A DNA stretch of 64,000 nt. Origin: Spirochaetae bacterium HGW-Spirochaetae-5 (lineage in GTDB: Bacteria; Spirochaetota; UBA4802; UBA5550). The stretch spans positions 80,112 to 144,111 of the forward strand of contig PGXT01000001.1 of the NCBI GenBank assembly GCA_002839285.1, read 5' to 3'. Positions 19,269 through 28,620 of this stretch are shown here, one piece after another (the stretch's first letter is position 1; the number at the start of each line of letters is the position of its first letter). The notes beneath the pieces are model-generated. The model saw only the letters and a list, made by a program, of their open reading frames with translations, had not been told where the DNA came from and searched no databases. A program made the position numbers and the translations under genes.

Positions 19269-19733
19269 ATGAAAATTACACTGCTTAAAAAACCGGTTCT
19301 TCCGGAGGATGTTGGAACAGTGGCACTGGTTCCGGTAATGCCTTCTGATGTAGATAATGTCAATAAATTCGGCGATGGGGAAATTATCCAGGCGGAGGTT
19401 AAGAGGGACCGGTTTTATCCGTTGACGCAGAAGTATTGGGCCCTGTGTAACCTGGTGGCGAATAATTACCGCCGGGAGGGGCTTGAAATGCTTGATCACA
19501 AGAATGTTGTGGATGAATATATTAAGCTAAAATTAAATGTGATTGAGAGCCGGATTGTTTTTCCGGATGGGCGGATTCATGTCAGAACCGGGAGTATTGC
19601 GAATAAGGCGAAAGATAAGGATGAATTTCAGGAGTTTTACGACAGGGCTGTTGAGGTTATGGAGTGGATCTCGGGGATTCCCAGGTTTGAGTTGGAGTTA
19701 AACTGGCATGAGTATGAGTGTGTGGTGCAGTGA
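19269..19733 (+). CDS. DUF1367/NinB-like protein
   Basis: GEIIQAEVKRDR..KYWAL...GSIA...EFQEFYDRAV pattern. Confidence 0.6.
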   Translation: MKITLLKKPVLPEDVGTVALVPVMPSDVDNVNKFGDGEIIQAEVKRDRFYPLTQKYWALCNLVANNYRREGLEMLDHKNVVDEYIKLKLNVIESRIVFPDGRIHVRTGSIANKAKDKDEFQEFYDRAVEVMEWISGIPRFELELNWHEYECVVQ

Positions 19734-19742
19734 TTCCAGATT

Positions 19743-19769
19743 AATTGTGCCACAGCCTGTGGCACAATT
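19743..19769. other. perfect 13-1-13 palindrome (possible bidirectional terminator or binding site)
   Basis: aattgtgccacag-c-ctgtggcacaatt between convergent genes. Confidence 0.7.
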
Positions 19770-19794
19770 GGATCAAAGAAAGAGCTTGAAATCT

Positions 19795-19871
19795 AAATCT
19801 TTTTTAAATCTTTTTTAAATCTCTTTTAAATCTCTTTTAAATCTCTTTTAAATCTCTTTTAAATCTCTTTT
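19795..19871. repeat. tandem repeat, 7 x 11 bp (AAATCTYTTTT)
   Basis: Two AAATCTTTTTT units then five AAATCTCTTTT units. Confidence 0.95.
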
Positions 19872-19882
19872 AAAAATCAACT

Positions 19883-21541
19883 TTATGATTTAACCCATTT
19901 TGGCTTTGTATCAGTACCAATATTCTTGATTTTATTTGTGATTCGTAATTCTGATAAGAGATTCGTTATTTTATTTTTCTTTTGTTTGTCATCCATTAAA
20001 TCCGGAAGTTTTGTCCACAGAAGATCATCTACATCTTTTCTTTCCATAAATTTATGCTGATCAATTGCTTTCATAATAAGATCAAGATAATAGTTTTTAT
20101 CAAATGCCTTATTCTTTGAATATGCTGCCTTCTGACCTGTTTTTTGAGCAACTTTCAATGATATATAGTAATTCGGTTTTCGGCCTTCTATGAGTCCTTC
20201 AGAACGTAAATGCTTTTCTTCTATATCAGATAGAGATTTATTTTTTTGAACTTTATCAAGAAGAATTATTTCATCAAGAGTTAGATCGGGATCCCGGGCA
20301 AGCAGCCTGGCATATTCTATATCAAGAACTTTACCCGTGATGGTCAATTTAACTTTTTCATCTGAAAGATCATAATCCGGCATAGGGAAGAATCTTTGTC
20401 TTTGAAAATTGTACATTTTACGGATACCGCCCCCGGCTGTATCGACCATTTTAAGATTAAACATAGCTGTTGCTAGAAACCTGTTTCTGTAATACTCTTC
20501 AGGGGCATCTTCCCGGACAACACGTTCAACATCACCAGGTATAAAACTCCCTAAATTAGTAAATATCAGCTGGTCATCCATTTCAACTACATTGATCATA
20601 CCACCCTTTGTATAATCCTGATGTGCGATACTATTATTTATTGCTTCCCTGAGTGTATATGGTTCATACTGGTCTATTTCCTCCGGAAACAGAGTGCCAT
20701 CTTTGATATATCGATATTTCAAATTTCTAACTTTGGCATATACTTTATCAACAGCAAGAAGAAAAGGAAGACCAAATATTGCATAATCCTTATCATTGCC
20801 GCGTGAATCTTTCAACAGCCAACGTATCTTAGGATTTGCAGGCTGGATAAAATGTTCAGATTCATCTTTTCCGAGAAGAAGTAATGTAGTTCTGGTTATT
20901 TTCCCTTTTACAGTAAGTTTTGCTTTATTAAGAAATGTTATAATATCCCATGAATCTATTTCTACAGCTTTATCAGGAAATTTAGTTTTAAAATTGAGTC
21001 TTGCAGTCTGGATTGCATTAATATCAAGATCGTCAACTGTTGCACCCATAACTATCTCAGCGCTCCAATCTTCAAGTGTAGCCTGTTGTCTGATTCTTTC
21101 TATTTCTTCAATGTTCAAAGGTGAAAGCGATTCACCATTACGGCCGAAATAATGACCATCAAAATTAATTGGCAAACCCCGAGGAGCAGCTGGAATTTGA
21201 AACATGACAACACGACCTTCTGAACGAGGGATTTCATATATTTCAATAAACGTTATCCGGTTATTTATCTTGTTGGCAAGTTCATCTTTAAGGCTATCCA
21301 GATCTTTACGATTTGAACGATAATTTGACCCAACAATTTTATGGTGCTTGTCTTCAACTCCAAATACAAGCCAGGCATAGGGTTTTCTTTTAAGGTTTGC
21401 CTCATTACTGAGCGCAGAAAAATACTTACCAATTTTTTCAAAGCTATAATCATTTTTAGCTTCTTTAAATTCAACAACTTCGGTTTCTGCGGGTAGATTA
21501 AGGAGGTTATCTAATATATCATTAAGTTCTTTGGTTTTCAT
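19883..21541 (-). CDS. Schlafen/AlbA_2 + HATPase_c_4 + HTH protein (putative anti-phage nuclease/regulator)
   Basis: ETEVVEFKEA..FSALSNE; LREAINNSIAHQDY, TNLGSF, YRNRFLA, DTAGGGIRKM. Confidence 0.8.
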   Translation of the reverse strand: MKTKELNDILDNLLNLPAETEVVEFKEAKNDYSFEKIGKYFSALSNEANLKRKPYAWLVFGVEDKHHKIVGSNYRSNRKDLDSLKDELANKINNRITFIEIYEIPRSEGRVVMFQIPAAPRGLPINFDGHYFGRNGESLSPLNIEEIERIRQQATLEDWSAEIVMGATVDDLDINAIQTARLNFKTKFPDKAVEIDSWDIITFLNKAKLTVKGKITRTTLLLLGKDESEHFIQPANPKIRWLLKDSRGNDKDYAIFGLPFLLAVDKVYAKVRNLKYRYIKDGTLFPEEIDQYEPYTLREAINNSIAHQDYTKGGMINVVEMDDQLIFTNLGSFIPGDVERVVREDAPEEYYRNRFLATAMFNLKMVDTAGGGIRKMYNFQRQRFFPMPDYDLSDEKVKLTITGKVLDIEYARLLARDPDLTLDEIILLDKVQKNKSLSDIEEKHLRSEGLIEGRKPNYYISLKVAQKTGQKAAYSKNKAFDKNYYLDLIMKAIDQHKFMERKDVDDLLWTKLPDLMDDKQKKNKITNLLSELRITNKIKNIGTDTKPKWVKS

Positions 21542-21613
21542 TGTTACCTGTCACAATTTCAATCTATTTATAAAAATGCCTTCTGGTATTAATTATTAAT
21601 ATAGACAATGATG

Positions 21614-22378
21614 TTACCCGCTAGTTATTTTAACAGTATCTTTTTCAATTTCCTGTTTACAACCTTCTTCCCATATTTTTCTACTACGATCAACAAACTC
21701 AAGGTATTGTTTAATATGCTTAAAAGATTCGCTATTACGACATACTTCTATATAGAACTTCTGCAGATGAGAAAGATACCCATTTAAAATGTCATAATAC
21801 ATTTCAAGTCTTAAAACTTCAAATTTTGAATTATGAATAAGTCTAACGATGTTTGAAATATGTAATACAAAATTTCTAAAATCATAGAGATATTTTTTAT
21901 TAGCATCCAGATATTTATCTACATCATGGATTTCAAATCTTTTAACTTTATCATAATCACGCCATAAATTCTTTAAATTATTAGTAAAGTATGAAGCACC
22001 TGACTGGCTATTAAAATCATATAAATTAATAATGTTCGAAATTTGATTTAACATGTTAAAAAATGTCGTTTCAAAATTTTGAATGTTCATTATTTCAATC
22101 TGATTGCTAACAAGTTTTTTTTGTTCATTTGCTTCTTCTCTTGCAGAGATCAATTCTTTATGCTGAAGATGAATAGTATATAATAACGCCATAAAGCTCA
22201 AAAAAGCAAAAGTTGAACCAAGAACTCCTCCCATGTAATCACCGAATACTCCGGATGTAACTTGATACCCTTGTGAATAACAGATAAATTTATGGTAATA
22301 TAACCAAATAAATAAAATGAAACCACAGATTAAAAAGATCATCAGAATGATCCATTTGTATTTTTTTATAAATTTCAT
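21614..22378 (-). CDS. putative abortive-infection membrane protein (putAbiC-like)
   Basis: Two TM helices, GVFGDYMGGVLG..FLSF..LLYTI.LQ.KEL, QNFETTFFNML. Confidence 0.65.
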   Translation of the reverse strand: MKFIKKYKWIILMIFLICGFILFIWLYYHKFICYSQGYQVTSGVFGDYMGGVLGSTFAFLSFMALLYTIHLQHKELISAREEANEQKKLVSNQIEIMNIQNFETTFFNMLNQISNIINLYDFNSQSGASYFTNNLKNLWRDYDKVKRFEIHDVDKYLDANKKYLYDFRNFVLHISNIVRLIHNSKFEVLRLEMYYDILNGYLSHLQKFYIEVCRNSESFKHIKQYLEFVDRSRKIWEEGCKQEIEKDTVKITSG

Positions 22379-25131
22379 ATTGTAGACTCACCATCCACAG
22401 CCTTGTTCTTTTTTTTCTTCTCCACTTTAAACATCCCTGCAGTATACTTTTCATAAAGCTCAAATAAAAACTCTATCCGCTTTGTTTCATTAACAAACGG
22501 CTGGCTACGGTAACAGAGATCAACTGCTTTATCAAGTTCGTTGTGAGCTTTAACAAGTTTCGGCGGCATAGTCAATGGATCATATAAATCTGCAAGTGAA
22601 CTGTCAGGGAATTCTTTCCGGACATCAAGGACAGCCTGAGCTTTATCTTCAACCAGTTTGATATTTTTATCGCTTGGATTTTCCGGCCAGGGGTAGTTGT
22701 TATAGACAAGATTAGTATATCTGAAATCACTTTTCATTCGACCACACGTATACTTCACCCAAACCATGTGATCTAATGATGATAAAACACCAAAATGATA
22801 TAAATTTGCATTTGGAATAGCACTCACTAAATCAGTAATTATTGTGTTTTGATCAAAAAAGCCCATTGGAATATATTTTCTATTTTCACTTGATAATTTA
22901 GGAATGACTAAAAAATTGGACTGAGGTTGCCTGTTATCACCGAATAAATGAGGTTTGTCAACACAGCTTTTTTTTGACATACCACCATTCTCTCTATCTT
23001 CTTTAACAGCTTTTAATCGGCGAAGAATATATTTCATGTTTTTTAATTCCGTTGGTGTAGCATCGACTAACCAGAGACAATATCTCTTTTCATTATAAAG
23101 AAACTCTCTTGCTCCGATAAGAGGTTTAATAAATTTTCCAGAGAGAGGTTCATTGTTTAAAAGTTCATCTTTTTCTGATGGGGTCAAGCAAAGATGGCCA
23201 CCATCTAGTGGTTTACTCCCGATTATAAAAGGTGGGACATCGCAAATCGGATTAGGAGTTTTATTAATAAGCACATCTTTTGCATCTACAAGGTATGAAT
23301 TAATATTTTTTACTTTTAATTCATGCGCTTCGCCTTTTATGTCCTCATAATAAAAAATACATTTATTATCGGTATCTATATTTGCAAATCCAATGATCAC
23401 ACAATAAACAGCCGCATTGCCTTTGGCTTCATTACTCCACTTAAAAGTACGATGTGCAAAATGAATTTTAATACCAAATTTATTTATCAGTTGTCCCCAA
23501 AGGATACTTGTTTGTTCACCCTGAACAATTGAGTTGGTGGAAACCAAACCCGTTTTAATATTAGTGTTTTGAATATATTTTGCTGCTTTCATATACCAAC
23601 CAGTAACATAGTCAAGCAATCCACAACCATCTGAATTATTAAAAATAGTAGTAATTTCCTCACGTTGACTTGCATTCATAAACTTAGAACCGATAAATGG
23701 CGGATTCCCTAATATATATGACAGTTCACTCTTTGATACTATGTTCTCCCAATCAATTCTAAGCGCGTTACCTTGTATTATATTTGCAGATTTCTTAAGA
23801 GGAAGTCTTGCAAAGTATTGACCGAATTCGTTGCTTATTAATAAATTCATCTGGTGGTCTATAAGCCACATCGCAACCTGGGCTATCTGCGCAGGAAACT
23901 CTTCACATTCTATACCGTACATCATATCAACATCAAGAAGAACAATTTCATTAATGTTCAGATATACCTGTCCATGTTTGTTCAGAGTCCGAAGGATTTC
24001 CAACTCAAGAAGGCGAAGTTCCCTGTAGGTTATAACAAGGAAGTTTCCGCATCCGCAGGCAGGATCAAGAAATTTCAATTTGCTTATTTTTACATGCAGC
24101 GCTTGAAGTTTATTGTCACTGTTCTTTGACGCTTCAAATTCTTTCCACAACTCGTCTAAGAAAAGAGGTCTGATAAGTTTAAGAATATTTTTTTCTGAAG
24201 TATAATGTGCTCCGAGGTTTCTCCGTTCTTCCGGATTCATTACACTTTGGAACATAGCACCGAAAATCGCAGGAGATATTCTGCTCCAATCAATATAACA
24301 GCATTCAAGAAGTGATTGCCTCATCTTTGCGTCAAAACTTGCTATAGCAAGATTTTCTTCAAAAAGCTTTCCATTAACATAAGGGAATGCCTGCAGCTGC
24401 TCATCAAGATTTTTAAATCTTTTATCTTCACTTGTATTAAGCACCTGAAAGAGTTCCTGTAATCTACTTGCAAGATCACTCCCATCTTCACTTGTACGCT
24501 GCTCAATATAATCCTGAAACTGCTGCTTATTAAAAATAGCCGTATCTTCAGCGAAAAGACAGAAAAGAATTCTTACAAGATACAACTCAAGAGCATGGCC
24601 CTCATATCCAATTTCCTTTAATCGGTCATGAAATTTACCCATCAGTTCTGCAGCTTTAATATTTACCGGATCCTGTTCTTTATATATCTTTTTCTGATAG
24701 CCTGCTATATATGAAAATCGATCCACATTATGAATTAGTTCGTTGAGTTTAAAACTGGCTGTTGTCCCCTCTTCAAGATCATAAAGATTAAAGTTTTCAA
24801 AATCTGAAATAAGAATCAATTTAGGTAGTTCACTTTGCTTTAAACCTTGAATATATTCCATCGCCTGGACATAGGCTTTTTCAAGGTCTTTACCCCGGCT
24901 TTTCATTTCAACAAGAATATTCTGTTTCCAGAGAAGGTCAATATATCCATCACGATCATCGAGTTTTTTTACTCTATGTTCAAAAGAACCGAATTTCCGG
25001 CTTTCTATCCCAAATACTTTAAAAAAATCTGATAAAAATGGTTTTGCGTCAGCATCTTCATTTGAAGCATCAGCCCATGTTGTAGAAAACTCAACTGCTT
25101 TGTTTTTGATTTCGTTCCAGCTTAATGGCAT
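22375..25131 (-). CDS. MmeI-family type IIL restriction-modification enzyme (nuclease + m6A MTase + TRD)
   Basis: GYIDLLW..LVEMKS nuclease, GAHYTSE, FLDPACGCGNFL, GNPPF, GRMKSDFRY, SLADLYDP; 918 aa. Confidence 0.92.
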   Translation of the reverse strand: MPLSWNEIKNKAVEFSTTWADASNEDADAKPFLSDFFKVFGIESRKFGSFEHRVKKLDDRDGYIDLLWKQNILVEMKSRGKDLEKAYVQAMEYIQGLKQSELPKLILISDFENFNLYDLEEGTTASFKLNELIHNVDRFSYIAGYQKKIYKEQDPVNIKAAELMGKFHDRLKEIGYEGHALELYLVRILFCLFAEDTAIFNKQQFQDYIEQRTSEDGSDLASRLQELFQVLNTSEDKRFKNLDEQLQAFPYVNGKLFEENLAIASFDAKMRQSLLECCYIDWSRISPAIFGAMFQSVMNPEERRNLGAHYTSEKNILKLIRPLFLDELWKEFEASKNSDNKLQALHVKISKLKFLDPACGCGNFLVITYRELRLLELEILRTLNKHGQVYLNINEIVLLDVDMMYGIECEEFPAQIAQVAMWLIDHQMNLLISNEFGQYFARLPLKKSANIIQGNALRIDWENIVSKSELSYILGNPPFIGSKFMNASQREEITTIFNNSDGCGLLDYVTGWYMKAAKYIQNTNIKTGLVSTNSIVQGEQTSILWGQLINKFGIKIHFAHRTFKWSNEAKGNAAVYCVIIGFANIDTDNKCIFYYEDIKGEAHELKVKNINSYLVDAKDVLINKTPNPICDVPPFIIGSKPLDGGHLCLTPSEKDELLNNEPLSGKFIKPLIGAREFLYNEKRYCLWLVDATPTELKNMKYILRRLKAVKEDRENGGMSKKSCVDKPHLFGDNRQPQSNFLVIPKLSSENRKYIPMGFFDQNTIITDLVSAIPNANLYHFGVLSSLDHMVWVKYTCGRMKSDFRYTNLVYNNYPWPENPSDKNIKLVEDKAQAVLDVRKEFPDSSLADLYDPLTMPPKLVKAHNELDKAVDLCYRSQPFVNETKRIEFLFELYEKYTAGMFKVEKKKKNKAVDGESTI

Positions 25132-25147
25132 TATTTATTCCTTAATA

Positions 25148-25870
25148 TTACATTCTTCTAAATTGTGACCTAGAAGACTCATAACCCTTGATCAAATTTC
25201 TTACATCTTTTACGAAATCATTAAATGCATCAATCTTCTGCTTTTCACCAACGCAGTGTACTTCAATAAAATATATGCGAGGAATGGACGTAACATATAC
25301 CATTCCTTTAGAAGACCCATCTAATAACCACCAAAGCGTATCACCTCCAAAATCAAAGAAAATGGGTGTATTACTATCTTCCCATTCGCGTAGCAACACA
25401 CACTCATCCGAATGTACTCTCCATACTTTTACATTTGATCCAAATGGTTTACTCGAATTCAATGTTTTCGAAAATTGTTCAATATCTCTCTTTCTTCTTG
25501 TTCCATCAACAACCCATATTGGTTTACCATAAAAAGCATTGCGAGCCCGACGTTCTTCAGGGTTAAGAAAAGAATGTTGGAATTCTATCACCCATCCATT
25601 ATTAGTTTTTATATCAGCAATATGCTTTTCACCGTTTTGATCATAATGTATCACTTCTTGCCAATCGACAGGAAATTTTTCTTTCCAGGAGCGATGCCAT
25701 TCCGTTTCGTTCTCCCACCATGGATCACAATTCCTCTTGCCTTTATGAGACCAATGATGAATTTTTAGTTCCCCACACTTCGAAATCAATTCAGAACCGC
25801 AGATAGGGCAAACGCCTTTAGATCCTTTTGTTGCCTCAGCTTTTTCGTTATTGATTAATGCAAATTTCAT
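25148..25870 (-). CDS. CoiA-like nuclease
   Basis: CPICG..HWSH..CD..ENETEWH.SWK, HIADIK..VIEFQHS..R.FY. Confidence 0.85.
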   Translation of the reverse strand: MKFALINNEKAEATKGSKGVCPICGSELISKCGELKIHHWSHKGKRNCDPWWENETEWHRSWKEKFPVDWQEVIHYDQNGEKHIADIKTNNGWVIEFQHSFLNPEERRARNAFYGKPIWVVDGTRRKRDIEQFSKTLNSSKPFGSNVKVWRVHSDECVLLREWEDSNTPIFFDFGGDTLWWLLDGSSKGMVYVTSIPRIYFIEVHCVGEKQKIDAFNDFVKDVRNLIKGYESSRSQFRRM

Positions 25871-25914
25871 TGTATTTATCCTGCACTATTTAAAACTTAA
25901 TTCAAAAAAACATT

Positions 25915-26301
25915 TTATTGCAGGTGATAGTATCTTATTGTTGGTTCCAATGTTCCGTATATCAGCACAAAAGCCACAATATTCTTTTTGTCTATTGTGA
26001 ACCTGGAAATAAATAGGTCACCGAACACTAAATTGTAATCATTAAGTTCTTTATGTATTTGATCTAATATTTCGTTTTCAATTTCCTTTTTTGGCTTAAA
26101 CGGTTCTATTTTAGATAATGTCTTTTTGTTAAATGATTTCTCGAGTATCACATCAAAGACCGATTCACCATATGCTTGAATATGTGATCCAAAACTGCCC
26201 ACGTACTGAAGTGCTGAAATTTTCGTTGTCTCCGAATGCAGAATGTTATTTGTTGACACAAATAGTAAAAGCATAATTAAAATCACAGTTATTCTTTTCA
26301 T
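25915..26301 (-). CDS. exported hypothetical protein (128 aa), paralog of 47122-47508
   Basis: Signal peptide MKRITVILIMLLLFV; likely start at ATG 26301 by alignment with the paralog. Confidence 0.75.
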   Translation of the reverse strand: MKRITVILIMLLLFVSTNNILHSETTKISALQYVGSFGSHIQAYGESVFDVILEKSFNKKTLSKIEPFKPKKEIENEILDQIHKELNDYNLVFGDLFISRFTIDKKNIVAFVLIYGTLEPTIRYYHLQ

Positions 26302-26447
26302 TTTAAAAAATACCCCTTTTCTTGTTATTCCAGCATTTAGATAATATATTTTCACAGTCTGTTGTTTCTGGCCACATCCAAATTTTTGTACAATGTTTCT
26401 TAGTCGAAAACACTAAACTTTTAATGATTGAAAACCATATTAAAATC

Positions 26448-27305
26448 TTAATTCTCAAATTTTTCAGCTAATTTTCTAATTTGCTCTGGTACTCCCCATG
26501 AGTGAGAAACTTGGCTATTTTCGTTTATTGCATCGTTCATCTTCGCAATATGTTTACTAGTAACATATTGCGAAAAATTTATAAGCTCTATTAGACGTTT
26601 CGATTCATCAAATGAATTTGCATTCATAAGCATTTCAACCAATTTACTAGTAACTTTAGGTCCAACTAATGGATTTTGTATACAAAGTTCAAAAATTTCT
26701 TTTGCTAACAGTGATGCTGTTTTTCCATGGCCTTGTAATGCTTGATATTTACCAATAAAACCGTATGGATCCAAACCTTGTCTTACTGCTATAACTTGTA
26801 GCTGTCTCCCTATAGCAACCCCGACTTCCTGATCGCACCAATTACTTTCCTTGAAACCTGGTGATAACAAAGCTATAAGTGCATCCATAGTTGCTAAAGC
26901 TGATTGAATTTCTATTTGCCATTCTTTTGTGGGCTCTATATCTTCATGCGCGATAAACGCTGTGATACCAAATTTTCTAAGTTGATTTCGCAACTTAGAA
27001 GTTTCTACTTTTGTAGTTGCTAAATGACTCAAAAATATTCTTGCATCACTTTCTTCCCAAAAAGAAGGTGATGATGATGTTTCAAGTTCACTAGCTAACC
27101 CTAAATGTTTTGCAAGATCAAGAAGTGACTCATCCAGAGCATCATTAAGCATTTCAACAACATAACGCTCTTTGTCACTGCCCGACCATTGATCTGTCCA
27201 CGGCAGGCCAAACTGTTTCAAAGTAAGATCCAAAAGACCCCAATCTTCCTTAGCTAGTTCTTTTGATATTTCTTTTATATGTTTTATTCTTTCTGATGGA
27301 CTCAT
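26448..27305 (-). CDS. TIR-domain protein (putative NADase/signalling defence protein)
   Basis: RIFLSH..FIAHEDIEP..W..EI..AL..S.WCDQEVG with the catalytic Glu. Confidence 0.85.
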   Translation of the reverse strand: MSPSERIKHIKEISKELAKEDWGLLDLTLKQFGLPWTDQWSGSDKERYVVEMLNDALDESLLDLAKHLGLASELETSSSPSFWEESDARIFLSHLATTKVETSKLRNQLRKFGITAFIAHEDIEPTKEWQIEIQSALATMDALIALLSPGFKESNWCDQEVGVAIGRQLQVIAVRQGLDPYGFIGKYQALQGHGKTASLLAKEIFELCIQNPLVGPKVTSKLVEMLMNANSFDESKRLIELINFSQYVTSKHIAKMNDAINENSQVSHSWGVPEQIRKLAEKFEN

Positions 27306-27312
27306 GTTATTC

Positions 27313-28278
27313 TTAATCCTTAATTACTTCTTTGCATCTTTCACATATCCATCTTGAAGAAACACGTTTTACAACAACTTGCATTTCACAACTATCACAA
27401 TATGCAAGCTTACCATTCCGTTTCGTGCTGCCAATAATTAACTGAAATATACCTATTGCAATCAGTACCCATGAACCAATATTTAAAAAATCAAGTGCTT
27501 CTTTTTTAAGATACCATCTATTGTTTTCATATGAATCGTAAGTATTTAAAAGCGTTTGAAACATATTGTCGGAAATTAAACTGGATTGATCATGTTCCGG
27601 AATAAATATTTTTAATATGTACATTCCAAGCCCTATTAATAAAAACCCAAACATTATCCCGATCGGTCGTATTTCTAATGGTGGTATTTGAGGTATATAA
27701 ATATTAGCTGGTTCATTAATCTTGATTTCAGGGGATGAAGTCGATTGTTTTGCATTTTTCATTACAGGGGGTTTTTCTGGTACTGCAATCTTGTTTTTAA
27801 TTTCACCTTGGTCAATGATTTCGTTCAGTTCGCCTTTAGGAGTGTAAAGAATATTTTTTATTAATATCAATATTTTTTGTATTATTAAAATAATAGATTT
27901 TCTAAAAAAGAGAACCGTTCCGCAAATTAAAAAAACTGCAATTGTTAATAATATATAAGAAATATAATTTGTCTTTTCAACGATCGATTCATTTGACAAA
28001 AGACCACTAAAAACCCATCCTTGATGAGTTTTATACTTTACTTCAGCCCAAGGCGCTGTAATACCATAAAATGTGTTTTTAAAATCAGAAAATTTTATTA
28101 TCGTTACTTTTTCTTTATAAGGTATAAGAGTAATTTTTTCACAATCAACACTTGAACATTTCCGTAAATATAGACCTTCTTTAGTTGAAACATAAGCGTT
28201 GTTTATATTAGCAGAATACAGATTATTTAATAATAATAGAAAAATTAAAGATGAAATAATAAGAAGTATTTTTTTCAT
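27313..28278 (-). CDS. SH3b-domain membrane protein with C-terminal zinc ribbon
   Basis: Signal peptide; GLYLRK...WAEVKY...GWVFSGLL; three TM segments; CDSC..CERC. Confidence 0.7.
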   Translation of the reverse strand: MKKILLIISSLIFLLLLNNLYSANINNAYVSTKEGLYLRKCSSVDCEKITLIPYKEKVTIIKFSDFKNTFYGITAPWAEVKYKTHQGWVFSGLLSNESIVEKTNYISYILLTIAVFLICGTVLFFRKSIILIIQKILILIKNILYTPKGELNEIIDQGEIKNKIAVPEKPPVMKNAKQSTSSPEIKINEPANIYIPQIPPLEIRPIGIMFGFLLIGLGMYILKIFIPEHDQSSLISDNMFQTLLNTYDSYENNRWYLKKEALDFLNIGSWVLIAIGIFQLIIGSTKRNGKLAYCDSCEMQVVVKRVSSRWICERCKEVIKD

Positions 28279-28318
28279 ACTTCACTCCATTGATAGAGAT
28301 TTACTTAAAAATTACAAA

Positions 28319-28567
28319 ATGCAGAAATCAAAACAGAATCTAATTGATATTTGTGAATGCTGCCGCATCCGGAGAGCCGACCACCTACATCACAAACTCT
28401 CCCAAACAAAACTTTTCCGGAAAATTTATCCGGAATTCATTGATCATCCCGACAATCTACTGCACTACTGTGCAACATGTCACAACAATAAATCAATCAT
28501 AAAATGGTCTGAGAGTGAATTTTGTGTTCATTTTAATATAAAAATTCGTAGTAAAAGCGGAAAATGA
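28319..28567 (+). CDS. HNH endonuclease
   Basis: CECC..DHLHH...DNLLHYCATCH; likely ATG at 28319; immediately upstream of terL. Confidence 0.75.
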   Translation: MQKSKQNLIDICECCRIRRADHLHHKLSQTKLFRKIYPEFIDHPDNLLHYCATCHNNKSIIKWSESEFCVHFNIKIRSKSGK

Positions 28568-28620
28568 TTGACAATTAATTAGTATTTTAGTATCTGCTTT
28601 ATATCTCTAACTGAATCCTC

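Noticed and set aside
19795-19871. CRISPR array
   Set aside because: 11-bp units are directly adjacent with no spacers, and no cas genes are present
19883-28278. Intact integron cassette array in the defence block
   Set aside because: Intergenic gaps are mostly under 75 bp and I could not find RYYYAAC...GTTRRRY hairpins in them
28568-28596. sigma70 late promoter before terL
   Set aside because: TTGACA is present but there is no convincing -10 at 16-18 bp spacing
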